A stretch of DNA of 64,000 bases from Chiloscyllium plagiosum (GCF_004010195.1 NC_057719.1:7969280-8033279); one strand, 5' to 3'. Counted from the stretch's first letter, positions 1-12,313 are shown. Made by a program: numbers and translations. Notes: generated by a model not told the origin, from the letters alone.

Positions 1-1336
1 TTGTAGAACATCACTTCAAACTTTTTCTAAAAATCAACTTATTCAATTCTCAACTTTGATATATTCTGTGGTTTCCATAAAAGTAATTAATTAAACTAGT
101 CAAGTGTGGCCTTCTTCTGACCAATTTGTGCTGGCTATCTCTGAAAGCTAATCCACATTCAGGTAAGATTGATCATCTTTTAATTTCTGTTTTCTCTTTT
201 TAAACATTTATGGGCAGTATTGTAACAGTTGAAACAATAACTCTAAGAATTTTGGCAAATTCTGATTAGTTCCTTCCCTTGTTTCTTCCTTGATCTCTTT
301 CCCTAATTTTGGATGTACACCATATGGGAAAGGTAATTCTTTAGCTCCCACTAATTTTTATGAATTTCTCTGGTTGTGGCTTTACCAAACCCTCTTTAGG
401 TACTCCTGCAGTCATAGTTCCATGCTCCTTTGTAAAAGAAAATCTGTAAATTATTAAACTTCATTGCCATTCCCTTAATCTCAGTTACCTGATGGGGGTC
501 TCATTGCTGTTCCCATAGAATTGATGATTTGACTTTTGAGATTAGTGTGAACATTTACTTCCAGTAACTATCTTAATGATTTAGATAACAGAACTAAATG
601 TAATACCTCCGAGTTTGCAAATGACACAAAGCTGGCTGAGAGGATAAACTATAAAGAGGTTGCAGAGATGCTTCAGTGTGATTTGGAAAAGTTGAGCGAT
701 TGGGCAAGTGCATGGCGGCTGAAGTCTAATGTGGATAAATATGAAGTTATCCACTTTGGTAGCAAAATTAGGAGGGCAGATTATGATCTAAATGGCGATA
801 GATTGGGAAATAGGGTGGTGTAATGAGAGTTGGATTTCCTTTTACACCAGTCACTAAAAGTAAGCATGCAGGTGCAACAGGTGGTAATGAAGGCAAATGA
901 TAGCCGTCATGGCATGAGGATTTGAGTACAGGAACAGGGATGTCTTGTTGCAGTATTACAGGTGAGACCACACCTTGAGTATTATGTGCAGTTTTGGCCC
1001 CCTTATCTGTGGTGGATGTTCTGGCAATGGAGAGAGTGCCAGACTGATTCCTGAGGTGGCAGGACGGATGTGTGAACTGTGACTGGATCAGATAGGACTG
1101 ATGTTCACTGAAGGTTAGAAGAATTATGGTATCTCAGAAATCTAAAACATTAAAACAGGACTAGACAGGGAAAACTCAGGAAGGATATGCCAGATGACAG
1201 TAGAGTCCAGAATTAGGGATCACAGTCTAAGGATACAGGGTAGACCATTTAAAACAGGCATAAGAAATTTCTTCACCCACAGAGTAATGAGCCTGTGGAA
1301 ATCTCTGCCATATAAAGTGGTTGAGGCCAAAGTATT

Positions 1337-1675
1337 GATTTAGTTTGATTTCTTGTTGTCACATGCATCTATGTACAGTGAAAAGTTTTGTTTTGTAAGC
1401 AGAAGAGGTGGACCATAACATGCAAGGACATACAGCTCATAGGGTGTTTAGGTAGAGTGAGGCATACAGGGTTATTGCTGCACAGGAGGTGCCCAAAAAC
1501 AAGATCAACATTAGATTTGAAATTAGAGAGGTCCATTCAACAGTCTAATAACAGCTGGGATGAAGCGGTTCTTGAACCTGTTTGTGCGTGTGTTTCAACT
1601 TCTATAACTTCTGCACATATTACTGGGGTGGGAGGGATCTTTGATAATGATAATGTTAACCGCCTTTCTGCAGTA
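1337..1675 (-). mobile_element. Rex1/Babar-like LINE 3' fragment nested in the CR1
   Basis: Minus strand reads IIKDPSHP ... RSYRS*NTRTNRFKNRFIPAVIRLLN, resembling the Rex1/Babar RT C-terminus. Confidence 0.7.
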
Positions 1676-1691
1676 ATGTGAATGCTTTCAA

Positions 1692-1796
1692 CATATGGAT
1701 GTACTCCACAACCACCTGATGAAGGAGCAGCGCTCTGAAAGCTAGTGCTTCCAATTAAACCTGTTGGACTATAACCTGGTGTTGAGATTTTTAGCA
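1692..1796 (+). mobile_element. Penelope-like terminal-repeat remnant with minimal hammerhead motif (family B)
   Basis: CAC-CTGATGA-A-GGAGC agc GCTCT-GAAA-GC-TA-GTG at 1713-1747, then cctgttggactataacctggtgttg shared with the copies at 34063 and 36660. Confidence 0.8.
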
Positions 1797-2199
1797 TTCA
1801 AGAAGGTAATAGAGTTCGTGCTTGGAGCTAAAAGGATCAAAAGTTATTGCGGGTTGCGGGGGGGATGGAGTGAGATAGAGTACTGAGTTGGATGATCAGC
1901 CATTATCATACTGAATGGCATAGCAGGCATATAAGGTTGAATGGCCTACTCCTGCTTTTTTCTATGTTTCTACGTTTCCTGGTTAATAGGCAGGAGACAA
2001 TGTGGCAAATGTACATGCATTGCAGTTTGAGATAATGAATATTAGTGATCCTGGCAAATGTGGCTTGATAGGAACATTTAACTTCAGCAGGTTTGAGGTG
2101 CTGGAGAAAATGAACTTTGTTCAGCTCACACTTAATTCAAAGTTTTGCTTCCACCTTCCAAGTCTTTTGATACTGTTGCATTGCTCTTGGCCCTGAAGG

Positions 2200-2520
2200 A
2201 GCATTGAGGGACGGTTGCACTGTTGCAAACATTATCTTTTTATGAGAAGTTAAATTGAGGCTCAGTTGCAAGTTCAGGTTTGCAAAGAATCCTATCACAT
2301 TATTTTTGAACATCAGAGGAATTCTCCCAGTGTGTTGACAAATACTTACCTTTACTCTAAAACCTTCCAGAACAACTGTTCGTTTTTCTAATTGGTGTTT
2401 GTGAAGCCTCCTTGTGTGTAAATTGACTGCTGCATTAGTCGACGTAACAACAGTGGTTGCACTTCAAAAAATATGTAATTAGCTGTTAAAAGCATGGATA
2501 TATCCCAAGGACGTACAGTT
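2200..2520 (+). mobile_element. Decayed Deu-SINE (SacSINE1-like)
   Basis: gcattgagggacggttgcactgttg...atgagaagttaaattgaggc...aaattgactgctgca...acaacagtggttgcacttcaaaa, similar to the copy at 18245. Confidence 0.6.
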
Positions 2521-2649
2521 ACATTTTTTTTACTTCGTCTCCACATTCCTTACTCACTTGATCTATTTTTGGCATCTTACTATCTCCTAATTTCTCCCTA
2601 TTGAGATTTTTTCTTCATTTTGTAGAATTTACTGTCTCTGTCTCGAGGA

Positions 2650-2890
2650 CAGAAATGAGGGGATTTCTTTTCCCTTAGAGGATTGTGAGACTTTGGCACG
2701 CAGAAAGGATTAAGAGTTGGGTCATTGAATATTATTAAAGCAGAGGTAGGTACACTCTTAGATAAAGGAATCAGTAGTTATCGAGGATGGATGGGAATGT
2801 GGAATTTGAAACAAATAAACTAGCCGTGATCTTACTAACTGGTGGAGCAGGCCTGGGGTCTGAGTGACCTACTTCTGTTCTTGATTCAAA
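2650..2890 (+). mobile_element. CR1 3' fragment
   Basis: agaaatgaggggatttctttt...gagtgacctacttctgttc, the CR1 3' end pattern. Confidence 0.65.
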
Positions 2891-3726
2891 TATTTGTTTG
2901 AGTCCAAAAACCAGATCTAGCTTTTGTTATTTTCAGCATAAATAAGTCTTGTCACAGAGACATCAATTCAACTCTACCCAGTGTAAAATAATTCCAGGAA
3001 AATAGAAGAACTCTACTATGCCTGTCCTCTGTTCCCTCTCCTCTCTCTCTCATTCTCTCACACACACACATTCAACACAAACAACTTTCAGTCTAGAACT
3101 AATTTTGGATTTATTTATTAAACTTTGGCATCTTTTATCTGAATTCCATCTTGTTTTTTTAACACACTGTTTACTTTTTTGGCTGGAAACTACCGGTGTA
3201 AACTGACTGAAATGTCTGTTCTGAAGTTTGAAAAGAAAATGACTTGGAAGATCATTATAGTTTATTAGTGGCAGAACAAAGTAATGTGATTCTCAGTAAG
3301 TTATCTTTCTACATGCTATCATGTATTTGATCTCTGATCATATCGTTTGCTGAATGCTTGACATCCACTTCACTTGCAGATGGCCTTAATTTTAGTAACT
3401 TTATGTCCATTTGGTCACGATGTAGCACTATAAATAGATGTAGAGAATATAAAAGCCAGGAAGGTATTGTCATAGTCATACCAAGTGTATCCTTCAAGTG
3501 GTCTGTCAGTTACAAATTTATTTAAGCTTATTTGTAACCAGTTTTATTTTTTGAATGTTTTAGTATTAAATAACCAACAAGGGAGCTTCGCGTTTTAAAT
3601 AAGATGAAAGCTTAATTTATTACAAAACTGTTGCTGAAAGTTATTTAAATAAAACATGATAAAGCTATTTGCTATACAAATGTAGCTTCAAAATTTAAAG
3701 TAACTGCAAGATTTGGGGCTCAGGAG

Positions 3727-3872
3727 ACATAGAGTCATAGACTCATAGAGATGTACAGCACGGAAACAGACCCTTCGGTCCAACTCGTCCATGCCGACCA
3801 GATATCCTAACCCAATCTAGTTCCAGCTGCCAGCACTGGCCCATATCCCTCCAAACCCTTCCTATTCATATG
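3727..3872 (-). mobile_element. Short HER1/CR1 3' tail
   Basis: catagagtcatagactcatagagatgtacagcacggaaacagacccttcggtccaac is the reverse complement of the LINE tail at about 54360-54492. Confidence 0.88.
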
Positions 3873-4052
3873 ATTACAAATAATCAACTGCTTGTCTTGG
3901 GTGAGTAATTTTAGTTTATTAAGAAACAACAGTTCAATTAGCTAAATAGGAATGACATCTGAGGGATCACTGTTACCAGTGAATGAAGGGGCAATTGACA
4001 ATAGCTGGTGGAGGCAACGTCCTGCTGTCTTGTTAAAGTGTTAGGGGACGAC

Positions 4053-4934
4053 GGTTACGACATGGACGTTAACCCCTCTGTTAATTAAACCAAACATCCA
4101 GAAAAGCTCACCTCGTCTCATAATCTGTTAAAATATGAGTTCCAGAGAACTCCCGAATTCCATTATTTAAAGAAAATAAAAGTGGACATTAAACAACAAC
4201 TGTTCACAAATCTAAGTCCTACTTTCTCTTAACTTCTACTACTTGCCTCCAACTCAATTATAATATGCTGTTCTAATAAGACACTTAGTAGAATTACATC
4301 AACTTAATTTCAAAACCACACAGTCTCTGTCTCCTGTGTCTTCACTCTTCCGGCTGTGGATCTCCCTGGATCGTTGCCTTTTGTTTTACTGGGAGTATAT
4401 TTCACATGAGAATGTAGCTTTGATAGAGTGTGTTTCCTAATTTCTTGGAAAGCACGATATTATATTGACAGCTAGCTCTCTGGCTCTACGCTAGTTGTTC
4501 TCTGACTAATTTTCAAAATGTCCGCCTTCTTATGTTCCCCAATATCGGACTGTGTCGTTGATTTGATGTTGGCAAAACAATAAATTAAAACACGATTAGG
4601 GGGTTTTAGTATTGTGGGGCCCAATTTAAACTCAAGATTAGAATGGTGCTGGTAAAGCACAGCAGGTCAGGCAGCATCTGAGGAGCAGGAAAATCGATGT
4701 TTCGGGCAAAAGCCCTTCATCAAGATGTCAACTGATTGGCTAAATTCAAATTTTTGTCAAAACAGCAACCAAAACTCAGGTATCCATTTCAAATATTATG
4801 TTTATATGTTTTCAATTTTTCAGTACACTTTGGGATTGCCACGCAGTCCTATTCACAGGTGTTTGTAATCTCTCAGTTTAGAACAGCATTCTCTCTCGCT
4901 TAAAGGTACAATACATGCCTTCAATTTCATAACA
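4053..4934. mobile_element. Solo-LTR-like element
   Basis: Termini (g)gttacga ... tcataaca approximate the TGTTACGA/TCGTAACA inverted ends of Gypsy-type LTRs; non-coding. Confidence 0.5.
4635..4725 (-). mobile_element. Penelope-like remnant (family A) with degenerate hammerhead
   Basis: Minus strand tTGATGA-A-GGGC tttt GCCC-GAAA-ca-TC-gatt followed by ttcctgctcctcagatgctgcctgacctgctgtg. Confidence 0.8.
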
Positions 4935-5239
4935 GCTAAATAAGAAAGAAAGCCCATGACACCTGAGGGTTCACTGATACCAGAGAATGAAGGGGCAATT
5001 GCCATAGAGCAATTGATTGATCTCAGTAGCTTGTGGAGGCAACATCCTGTGCTTTTGTCAAAGTGTTAGGGGACTATTCCATCTTTCCCGATCCACCTTC
5101 CTTCTGAAGAAAGTGATTGCCTAATGAGGACTACCAACTAACTAGGACTGCTCTTTTGTCTCAGTTAACTTTTAAGGTGCTGAAGCTGGTAGTTTACCTT
5201 ATTTTCATTATTCATTTGAATTTTTCTAGCCAATGAACA

Positions 5240-5473
5240 GTTACTGAAGAATTGGAATAATTCCACAGAGGCTGGTATCTCGTCACCAGGTCACCCTTTA
5301 TTTATATGTAGAGAGTTCTTGACACTGATCCAGCTCTCACAGTGAACAGCATGTCTGACACTCCTGTTCTTATCTGTCAGTCAGGGCCCCTTGACTGGAC
5401 CAGATTAACAGCCCCAATTAGGGAACTCATATTCTTTGAGGTCTACCTGATTGACCTCATTGCAATCACTACA
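5240..5473 (-). mobile_element. Short solo-LTR-like element
   Basis: Minus strand starts TGTAGTG, ends AGTAAC, with AATAAA (plus-strand tttatt 5298-5303) about 60 nt before the end; no TSD seen. Confidence 0.5.
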
Positions 5474-6416
5474 GGGATGTTCACCTCCCTCCCTTTCCAT
5501 CATCAAACTCTTGGTCACCCTTTTAGTTTACATCATGTTAAGGGTCATTTGCTTGCCCTTACCATTTTCTTGTATAGGTAAGTGGAATGTGTATTCCCAA
5601 GAAAGAAAATAGGTGCCTCCATTAAATTTGGCTGGTATTAGCCATTTGCAAACGTGCAGTTGCTCCTGGGCCGTTATGATAATTGATCCTTTCCAAAGTC
5701 TCAAGCAAAATATTTCTGATTTACTGATGGTGCTGTAGTAATTACATTCAAGTTATTCATTCAAATCAGACTGTGGTTTTGTCCTATCCACTATGACTAA
5801 AGTGGCTAAGTGTATTGAATGAAAGTAAAATATTTTGTGACTTCTCATAGAATTAAAGTGGTTCATATTTCAAAAATGTTTTGTACAGTAAAGTTCTCAA
5901 TACCTAGAGGGAGAATTTTGACATCAGTTTTTGGGCAGCAAAATAGGTCAGAGGCGTTTTATGTTCCACTTTCTTCCTAGAACTATTCCTCCCAGTTCTA
6001 CTTGAATTTCTTTTGGCAACGGTGATTTTATTTATGTTTTATTTATCATCTGAGGCACACACAGCAGCATTCTACTGACTTAGGAATGGTAACATGCTCT
6101 GAACAGAGAGACTCCAACATTTCCATAGAGTATTTACGTGTTTTCCAGAGAGAAAGATAGCCATTGCTCTGCCAATATGGTCCAAGTTATGCTTACCATA
6201 AAATAGCATATTCTTATTCACTATTTCTATTCTTATTCTAAGAAGTATAATCTATTACATCTCCCAATTCTTACAATATGAAAATAAAAATGAGACCAGC
6301 CTTCACTGTAATGGATCTGCCTTGCTTGAAGGTCTTCGTTTGAAAATGAAGAGGTTGAAAATTTGAAGTCAGAATTCAGTTTTTGTAGACGAATAGTTGG
6401 AGGTTGTTCCCACAGA

Positions 6417-6494
6417 TGCACTTATGTAAATGACTTGGTGCTTCTTTTTTCACTTTGCACTTATGTAAATGACTTGGTGCTTCTTTTTTCACTT
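6417..6494. repeat. Perfect 39-bp tandem duplication
   Basis: tgcacttatgtaaatgacttggtgcttcttttttcactt occurs twice (6417-6455, 6456-6494). Confidence 0.95.
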
Positions 6495-6924
6495 TCAGAG
6501 TTCTATAGAATATCCTGGTTCAGTACAATAGCAGTGAATACCCTTCTCAAGTCACACTGTTCAGAAGCACATTGTTAGCTGATTTCAGATGTTTTCTCAT
6601 GGTCTCTGCACAGTATGGTTTCTCACTGTTTGACTTTTACAAATCTAAACTTACAATAGCTGCTATCCCAAAAGTGTTGATTCACGCTTCCATATTAGCA
6701 AAGCTCTGTGGCATATTGTCTGTCATTTTAGGTGATTAACTTTGTAACAGTCTCGGCCATTAGCTTGGATGCCTCTCAGTTTGTTGGTGAGTTGGGAGAA
6801 CATTTTGCCCCTCCTGGGACATTGTTACATCATGGAGCATAATAGGCAAAAGAACCAAATTGAGATGGCACTTTCTTTTCTTTCACACAGAAAGCAGGAA
6901 CTGGACTAAAATGGTGAGAAATTA

Positions 6925-7610
6925 CAACATGCTGCTGTGCAGAAGGACTTGGGTGTCCTTCTGCATGAATCATAAAAGTTTGGTTTGCAGGTGCAGCAGG
7001 TATTTAAGAAGGTAAATGGAATATTGTCTTTCATTGCTGGAGGGATAGAGTTTAAAAATAGGGAGATTGTGCTGCAGCTATGTAGGGTGCTGGTGAGGCC
7101 ATACCTGGAGTACTGTGTATAGGTTTGGTCTCCTTACTTGAGAAAGGATGTACTGACACTGGAGGGGGTGCAGAGGAGGTTCATAAGGTTGATTCTGGAA
7201 TTGAGAAGGTTGGTCTATGAAGAGAGATTGTGAAGACTGAGACTTTAGAAGAATGAGTGGGGGGATCTTAAAGAAATGCATCAAATTATGAAGGGAATAA
7301 ATGGGATAGAAACAAGGGGGTTGTTTCCACTGGTAGGTGAGTTGAGAACTAGGGACCATTGCTGCAAAATAAGAGGGAGCAGATTTAGGACTGAGCTGAG
7401 GAGGAACTTCTTCACCCAGTGAAGCAGTTGAGGCTACATCGTTGAATGTTTTTAAGGTAAAGGTAGAGTTTTGAATAGTAAAGGAATTAAGGGTTATGGT
7501 AAGTAGGCGGGTGAGTGAAGCTGGGTCCATGTAAAGATCAGCCATGATCTTATTGAATGGCAGAGCAGACCTCGAGGGACCAGATGGCCTACTCCTGCTC
7601 CTAGTTCTTC
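6925..7610 (+). mobile_element. CR1 LINE 3' fragment
   Basis: ctggtgaggccatacctggagtactgtgtataggtttgg (LVRPxLEYCxxxW), ggagggggtgcagaggaggttc, 3' gatggcctactcctgctccta. Confidence 0.9.
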
Positions 7611-8944
7611 TTTTTTTAAGTAAAAGGATAATAAAAGTGGATCCAAAAGGCAATGGAGAAGTACTTGAAGGGAAAAGAATTACACAGGAGGGGAGTAGGT
7701 AACTCTTGTTGGGCTGGCATAGGTATGATGTTGTCATTGGCTTTCATCTGTGTTTTGTGATCATATGACTCTGTAACACACCAGTTTTATAGAAGAGTTA
7801 GACAGTGCATGATCCCTGTAAATAAATTAAACTTACTACACGGATAGTATGAAAGCTTTTAAAACTTTGTTACCAAGTTATTACCTAATTTATGTTTGAA
7901 AAGTTGAAATTTCTTGATCACATCAGCGTTGACCATTGTGAATTTTCCCAGTCCACAATGGGTGACTAACACGGCACAATCACTTTACTCAGTGAGTCTG
8001 ACCAATTTCCTGATATACAACTTTCACTAGTTTGAAAATGGGATGCACCAAATAGTCTTTGTTGCATGTGCATGCAGGTTAAACTTTAATTAAAAAGGTG
8101 CAAACCCTGCTTGTTTGAAAATATGGTTTTGGATTTGCATTTATAAAAAAAAGTGCATCACAGAAGTAAAAGTTGCTTTACTTTGAGTTCCTGTTGAGCT
8201 TCTGTGATAGAAGGAGCTGCTGGACTTGGTGGAATAAGGAATGTGAATTGATATGCACTGGTGGAATGACATGATAGATGAAGTGCCTCAAGGTTAGCAA
8301 CTAATGATTGGCATTGACACAGCGCCCTCACTGTTGGTTGCTTAACTCTGCTAAAGTTGATTCCCTGATTATGTCATCACCATGCTCTGTTTCAACCTAG
8401 TGAAAAGCAGCAGAGTACAAAAAGGTTTTCATTCTGTACCACGTCTTTTGCAAAGGTTTGATCTGAAAAAAGGCATACTGATTGAGTGTCCTCTTAAAAT
8501 AGGGTTCATCTGAACTGGTCTCCAGGGGATCTTAAATAATAACTAGACTGAGATACACTTGATGCAAAACTTGCTTTCTGTCTTGAGTATTCTCTGTTAC
8601 ACACAGCGTACTGTGGACGTCTTCAAGCATCAGAAAAGTAAGGCCATGAATTTGTTAATAGCAAAACATATTCGAGTAACTTGATTGAATTCTTTGATGA
8701 AGGAACAGAGAACTAATTTGTAGGGTAATGTGGTAAAAGCTAGAGTTTGGGACTAAATTGAAAATTTACTGCTATGCCATCATCACCCCTTCTTTAAAGA
8801 ACTCAGTCAGGTTAGTCAGACATGTTATGCCTTAACATATCCATGCTGACTGTCCATTATTAACTTATGCGTTTCCAATTGGGAATTACTTTTATCTTTG
8901 CCAGTGGAATTTAGAAGTTTTCTCATCACAGAGAGGCTGATTTT

Positions 8945-9660
8945 TCTTTTTATTGGTTCATGGGATGTCAACATCACTGTTTAGGCCAGCATCTTGTGCC
9001 CATTTCTAATTGCACCGGAAAAGGTGGTGGTTCTTGAACTGCTACAATCTATGCATTGTGAAACACACATCATCCTGCTCAGAAAGGACTTCCGGAATTT
9101 TGACTGTGGAGAAATTACATTATAGCACCAAGTCAGGAATGTATGTGATTTAGAGGGGAACTTGCAGGTGGTGTTACCATGCATTTGCTACCCTTGTCCC
9201 TCTAGGTGGGTGGTGGTAGCAGCTTAGGAAGTTGCTATTGAAGGACTCTTGGAGAATTACTAGAGAAACATCTTGTAGGAGGTACATGCTATTGCCATTA
9301 TGTATAATTGATGAAGGAAGTGGGTATTGAAGATGGTGGTTGGGGTGCCAGTCAAGTGGGTTGCTTTGGGCTGGATGGTGTTGAAATGTATGAGGAGAAA
9401 GTGAGGGCTGCGGATGCTGGAGATCAGAGCTGAAAATGTGTTGCTGGAAAAGCGCAGCAGGTCAGGCAGCATACCTGAAGAAGGGCTCATGCCTGAAACG
9501 TCGATTCTCCTGCTCCTTGGATGCTGCCTGACCTGCTGCGCTTTTCCAGCAACACATTTTCAGCGGTGTTGAAATGTATGCGTGTTGTTGGGATTGCACC
9601 CATCTAGACATGAGGAGAATATTTCATCACCTTGACTTGATACTGCAAATTCCTTGTAGA
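8945..9660 (-). mobile_element. L2-like LINE 3' fragment interrupted by a Penelope-like cassette
   Basis: Reverse complement of the family seen at 40725-41465 (ccatccaggacaaagcagcccacttgatt..., tail cccatgaatgaat). Confidence 0.7.
9393..9564. mobile_element. Penelope-like fold-back cassette (family A) with hammerhead core in the loop
   Basis: 16-bp TSD ggtgttgaaatgtatg (9377-9392, 9565-9580); perfect 44-bp inverted repeat (9429-9472, 9521-9564); CTGAAGA-A-GGGC tcat GCCT-GAAA-CG-TC at 9475-9502. Confidence 0.9.
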
Positions 9661-9973
9661 TTGTTTTGTAGGGAGAAGAGAATCCCTCATCCCTTTTTAA
9701 GCAGAAGTGTGCATTTACAACTCATTAGTCTACAATATTGAGTGATTATGTTCAAAAGTTCCCTCATCCTTGTTTCTGGACTGGTTGATGTATTATTTTT
9801 ATATAATCCAAGCTAATTAGCACCCCCCTTTTTAAATGTATTTGATACTATCCAATTTTTGGACTGTGTTCATCTGATGCAGACTATTATTTCAACATTA
9901 ATGTGAGCTATGCCATTTGCAGCTCTGAATGTATTTTTGTATCGATTGACTCTAATGGCCCTTCTTCATAAGT

Positions 9974-10072
9974 GTTCTGAGGAAGAGCCACTGGAGCTGA
10001 AATGTTAACTCTGCTTTCTCTCTACAAATGCTGCCAGACCTGTTGAGCTGTTGAGTTTCTCCTGCAATTTCA
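9974..10072 (+). mobile_element. Penelope-like remnant (family C) with degenerate hammerhead
   Basis: GTT-CTGAGGA...GAAA-tg-TT-AAC then tctgctttctctctacaaatgctgccagacctg. Confidence 0.7.
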
Positions 10073-10084
10073 ACTATCGTTCGT

Positions 10085-10300
10085 TATCCAGAGACCTAGG
10101 TAATATTAAGAGAACTTGGATTGAAATCTCATCATGGCAAATGGAATTTGAATTCAATAAAGTGTAATGATGACCATTATCCCATTGTTGATGCTGTATA
10201 ACCCATCCTGTGGGGAAGGAAAATTGCTGTCTGATCTCCATGTGGCACCAGACCCACAGCAATGTGATTGACTCTTAATTCTGAAATGGCTTAGCAAGCT
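10085..10300 (+). mobile_element. Decayed tRNA-derived SINE of the family at 37460
   Basis: atccagagacctaggtaat...atggcaaatggaatttgaattcaataaa...ccagacccacagcaatgtgattgactcttaa. Confidence 0.6.
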
Positions 10301-11227
10301 ATCCAATTTAATCAACTGCTTGGAAGTCTCAAAAAAGAACTGAAATGAGGCTACATTGGTTCCAGATATAACAATGGCAAACACACCACTGTCAACTATG
10401 TCAACATCTGAGACTAATCAAAATAAGGAGAATTCTCAAACAGACTAAATCATACTCACAGAATCATTTTTTATAATGTGCGAGATAATAGCGTCATCAT
10501 TTCTAGGTGTGTTATATAGTCATGCAGGATTGAAACAGATCTTTTGGTCCAACCAGTCCACACCGACCATGTTCCCAAATTAAACTAGTGCCACCTGCCT
10601 GCGCTTGGCCCATATCCCTCCAAACTTTTCCTGTTCATGTACTTATCCAAATATCTTTTAAACATTGTAACTGTACCTGCATCCACCACTTTCTGGTAGT
10701 TCATTCCACAGTGACCCATTCTCTGCATAAAAAAGTTGCCCCTCATCCTTTTTAAGTCTTTTTCCTCTCACCTCAAAAGTATGCCCCTAGTTTTGAAATC
10801 CCACACCCTAGGGAAAGGACCCATTCACCTTATCTATGCCCCTCAGGATTTTATAAATCTCTATAAGGTCACCCCTTAACCTCCTATGCCCCATTGAAAA
10901 GTTCTCAGCCTATCCAGTCTATATTTTTATATCTCAAACCATCTATTCTTGGTAACACCCTGGTAAATCTTTTCTGAACTCTCTCTGGTTTAATAATATC
11001 CTTCCTATAGCAGGACAACCAGAACTGCACAAAGTACTCCAGAAGAGGCCTCACCAATATATTGTACAATCTCAACATGACATCCCAACTCCTATACTCA
11101 AAGGTCTGAGCAATGAAAGCAAGCGTGTTAAACAGCTTCTTCGCTATCATGTCTACCTGTGATGTAAATTTCATAGAATTATGTACCTGAACCCTTAGGT
11201 CTCTTTGCTTTGCAATACTACCCAGGG

Positions 11228-11308
11228 TTGAGAGTGTGTTGCTGGAAAAGCACAGCACGTCAGGCAGCATCTGACAAGCAGGAAAAATCGATGTTTCGGG
11301 CCGGCCCA
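11228..11308 (-). mobile_element. Truncated Penelope-like remnant (family A) nested in CR1
   Basis: gtgtgttgctggaaaagcacagcacgtcaggcagcatc...aatcgatgtttcgggc; the CTGANGA half of the hammerhead is missing. Confidence 0.75.
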
Positions 11309-12313
11309 TTAATTATACATGTCCTGTCCTTGTTTGAACGACTAAAATGTAGCACTTCGCATTTATCCAAATTAAACTTCATCTGCCACTCCTCAGCCCA
11401 TTGACTCTCTTTGTAATCTTAGGTAACCTTCTTCACTGTCCACTTCACCAATAGTTTTGGTGTCATCCACAAACTTACAAACCATGCCTCCTGTATTCTC
11501 AACTACATCATTAATGTAAATGACAGACAAAAGTGAACCCAGTACCAATTCCTTTGGAACACTGCTAGTCACAGCCCTTCAATCTGAAAAATGACCTTCC
11601 ACCACCACTCTCAGTATTGTACTGTAAAGCCAATTTTGTATCCAGTTAGCAAGCTCACCCTGAATCCCATGTGATCTAACATTACTAATTAATCTACCAT
11701 GCAGAACCTTGTCAAAGGCTTTACTAAAGTCCAAGTAAATAACGTCTACCACTCTGCATATGTCTTTTTGGTTACTTCATTAAAAAACTCAAACAAAGTC
11801 TGTGAGACACGATTTTCCTTGCACAAAGTCAAGCCGACTATTCCTAATCAATCCTTGCCTCTCCAAATGCATGTAAATCCTATCTTTCAGAATCACCTCC
11901 AATAACTTAACCTACATCGATGTCAGACTCACAGGTCTATAGCTTCTAGGCTTCTCCTTATAGCCTTTCCTAAACAATGGCACAACAGTAGCCACTCCTG
12001 CTGCCCCCCTCCCATGTTTATAGATTATACAAATATTTCTGCTAGGGGTCCCACAGAGTTTCCCTAACTTCCTACAATATCCTGGGATACACCTGTTCAG
12101 GTTCAGGAGATTTACCCACTTTTATGTTTTCCAAGACCTCCAGTTTTCCCCTTCTGTAATGTGAACTGTTTTCAAAGCATCAGTATTTATTTTCCTGAGT
12201 TATCTAGCCTCCATTTCTTTCTCAATAGTAAAAACTGGCACGAATATTCATTTAATATCTCTCCAATTCCTGACATTCAACAAAAAGATGACCTTGTCAA
12301 TCTTTAAGGGGTC

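Larger units (their letters stand above)
590..1975 (+). mobile_element. Decayed CR1 LINE 3' fragment (RT to 3' UTR), interrupted at about 1337-1797 by nested insertions
   Basis: gagtttgcaaatgacacaaagctgg (FADDTK-like), gagtattatgtgcagttttgg (EYCVQFW-like), agaaatttcttcacccacagagt, 3' end gaatggcctactcctgct...tctatgtttcta. Confidence 0.85.
3940..5075. repeat. Diverged direct repeats (about 3940-4050 and 4934-5075) flanking an LTR-like segment
   Basis: agctaaata...atgacatctgagggatcactgttaccagtgaatgaaggggcaattg...gtggaggcaacgtcctg...aaagtgttagggga recurs as agctaaata...atgacacctgagggttcactgataccagagaatgaaggggcaattg...gtggaggcaacatcctg...aaagtgttagggg. Confidence 0.85.

Noticed and set aside
7078..7737. 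219-aa minus-strand ORF
   Set aside because: Antisense frame of a CR1 3' fragment.
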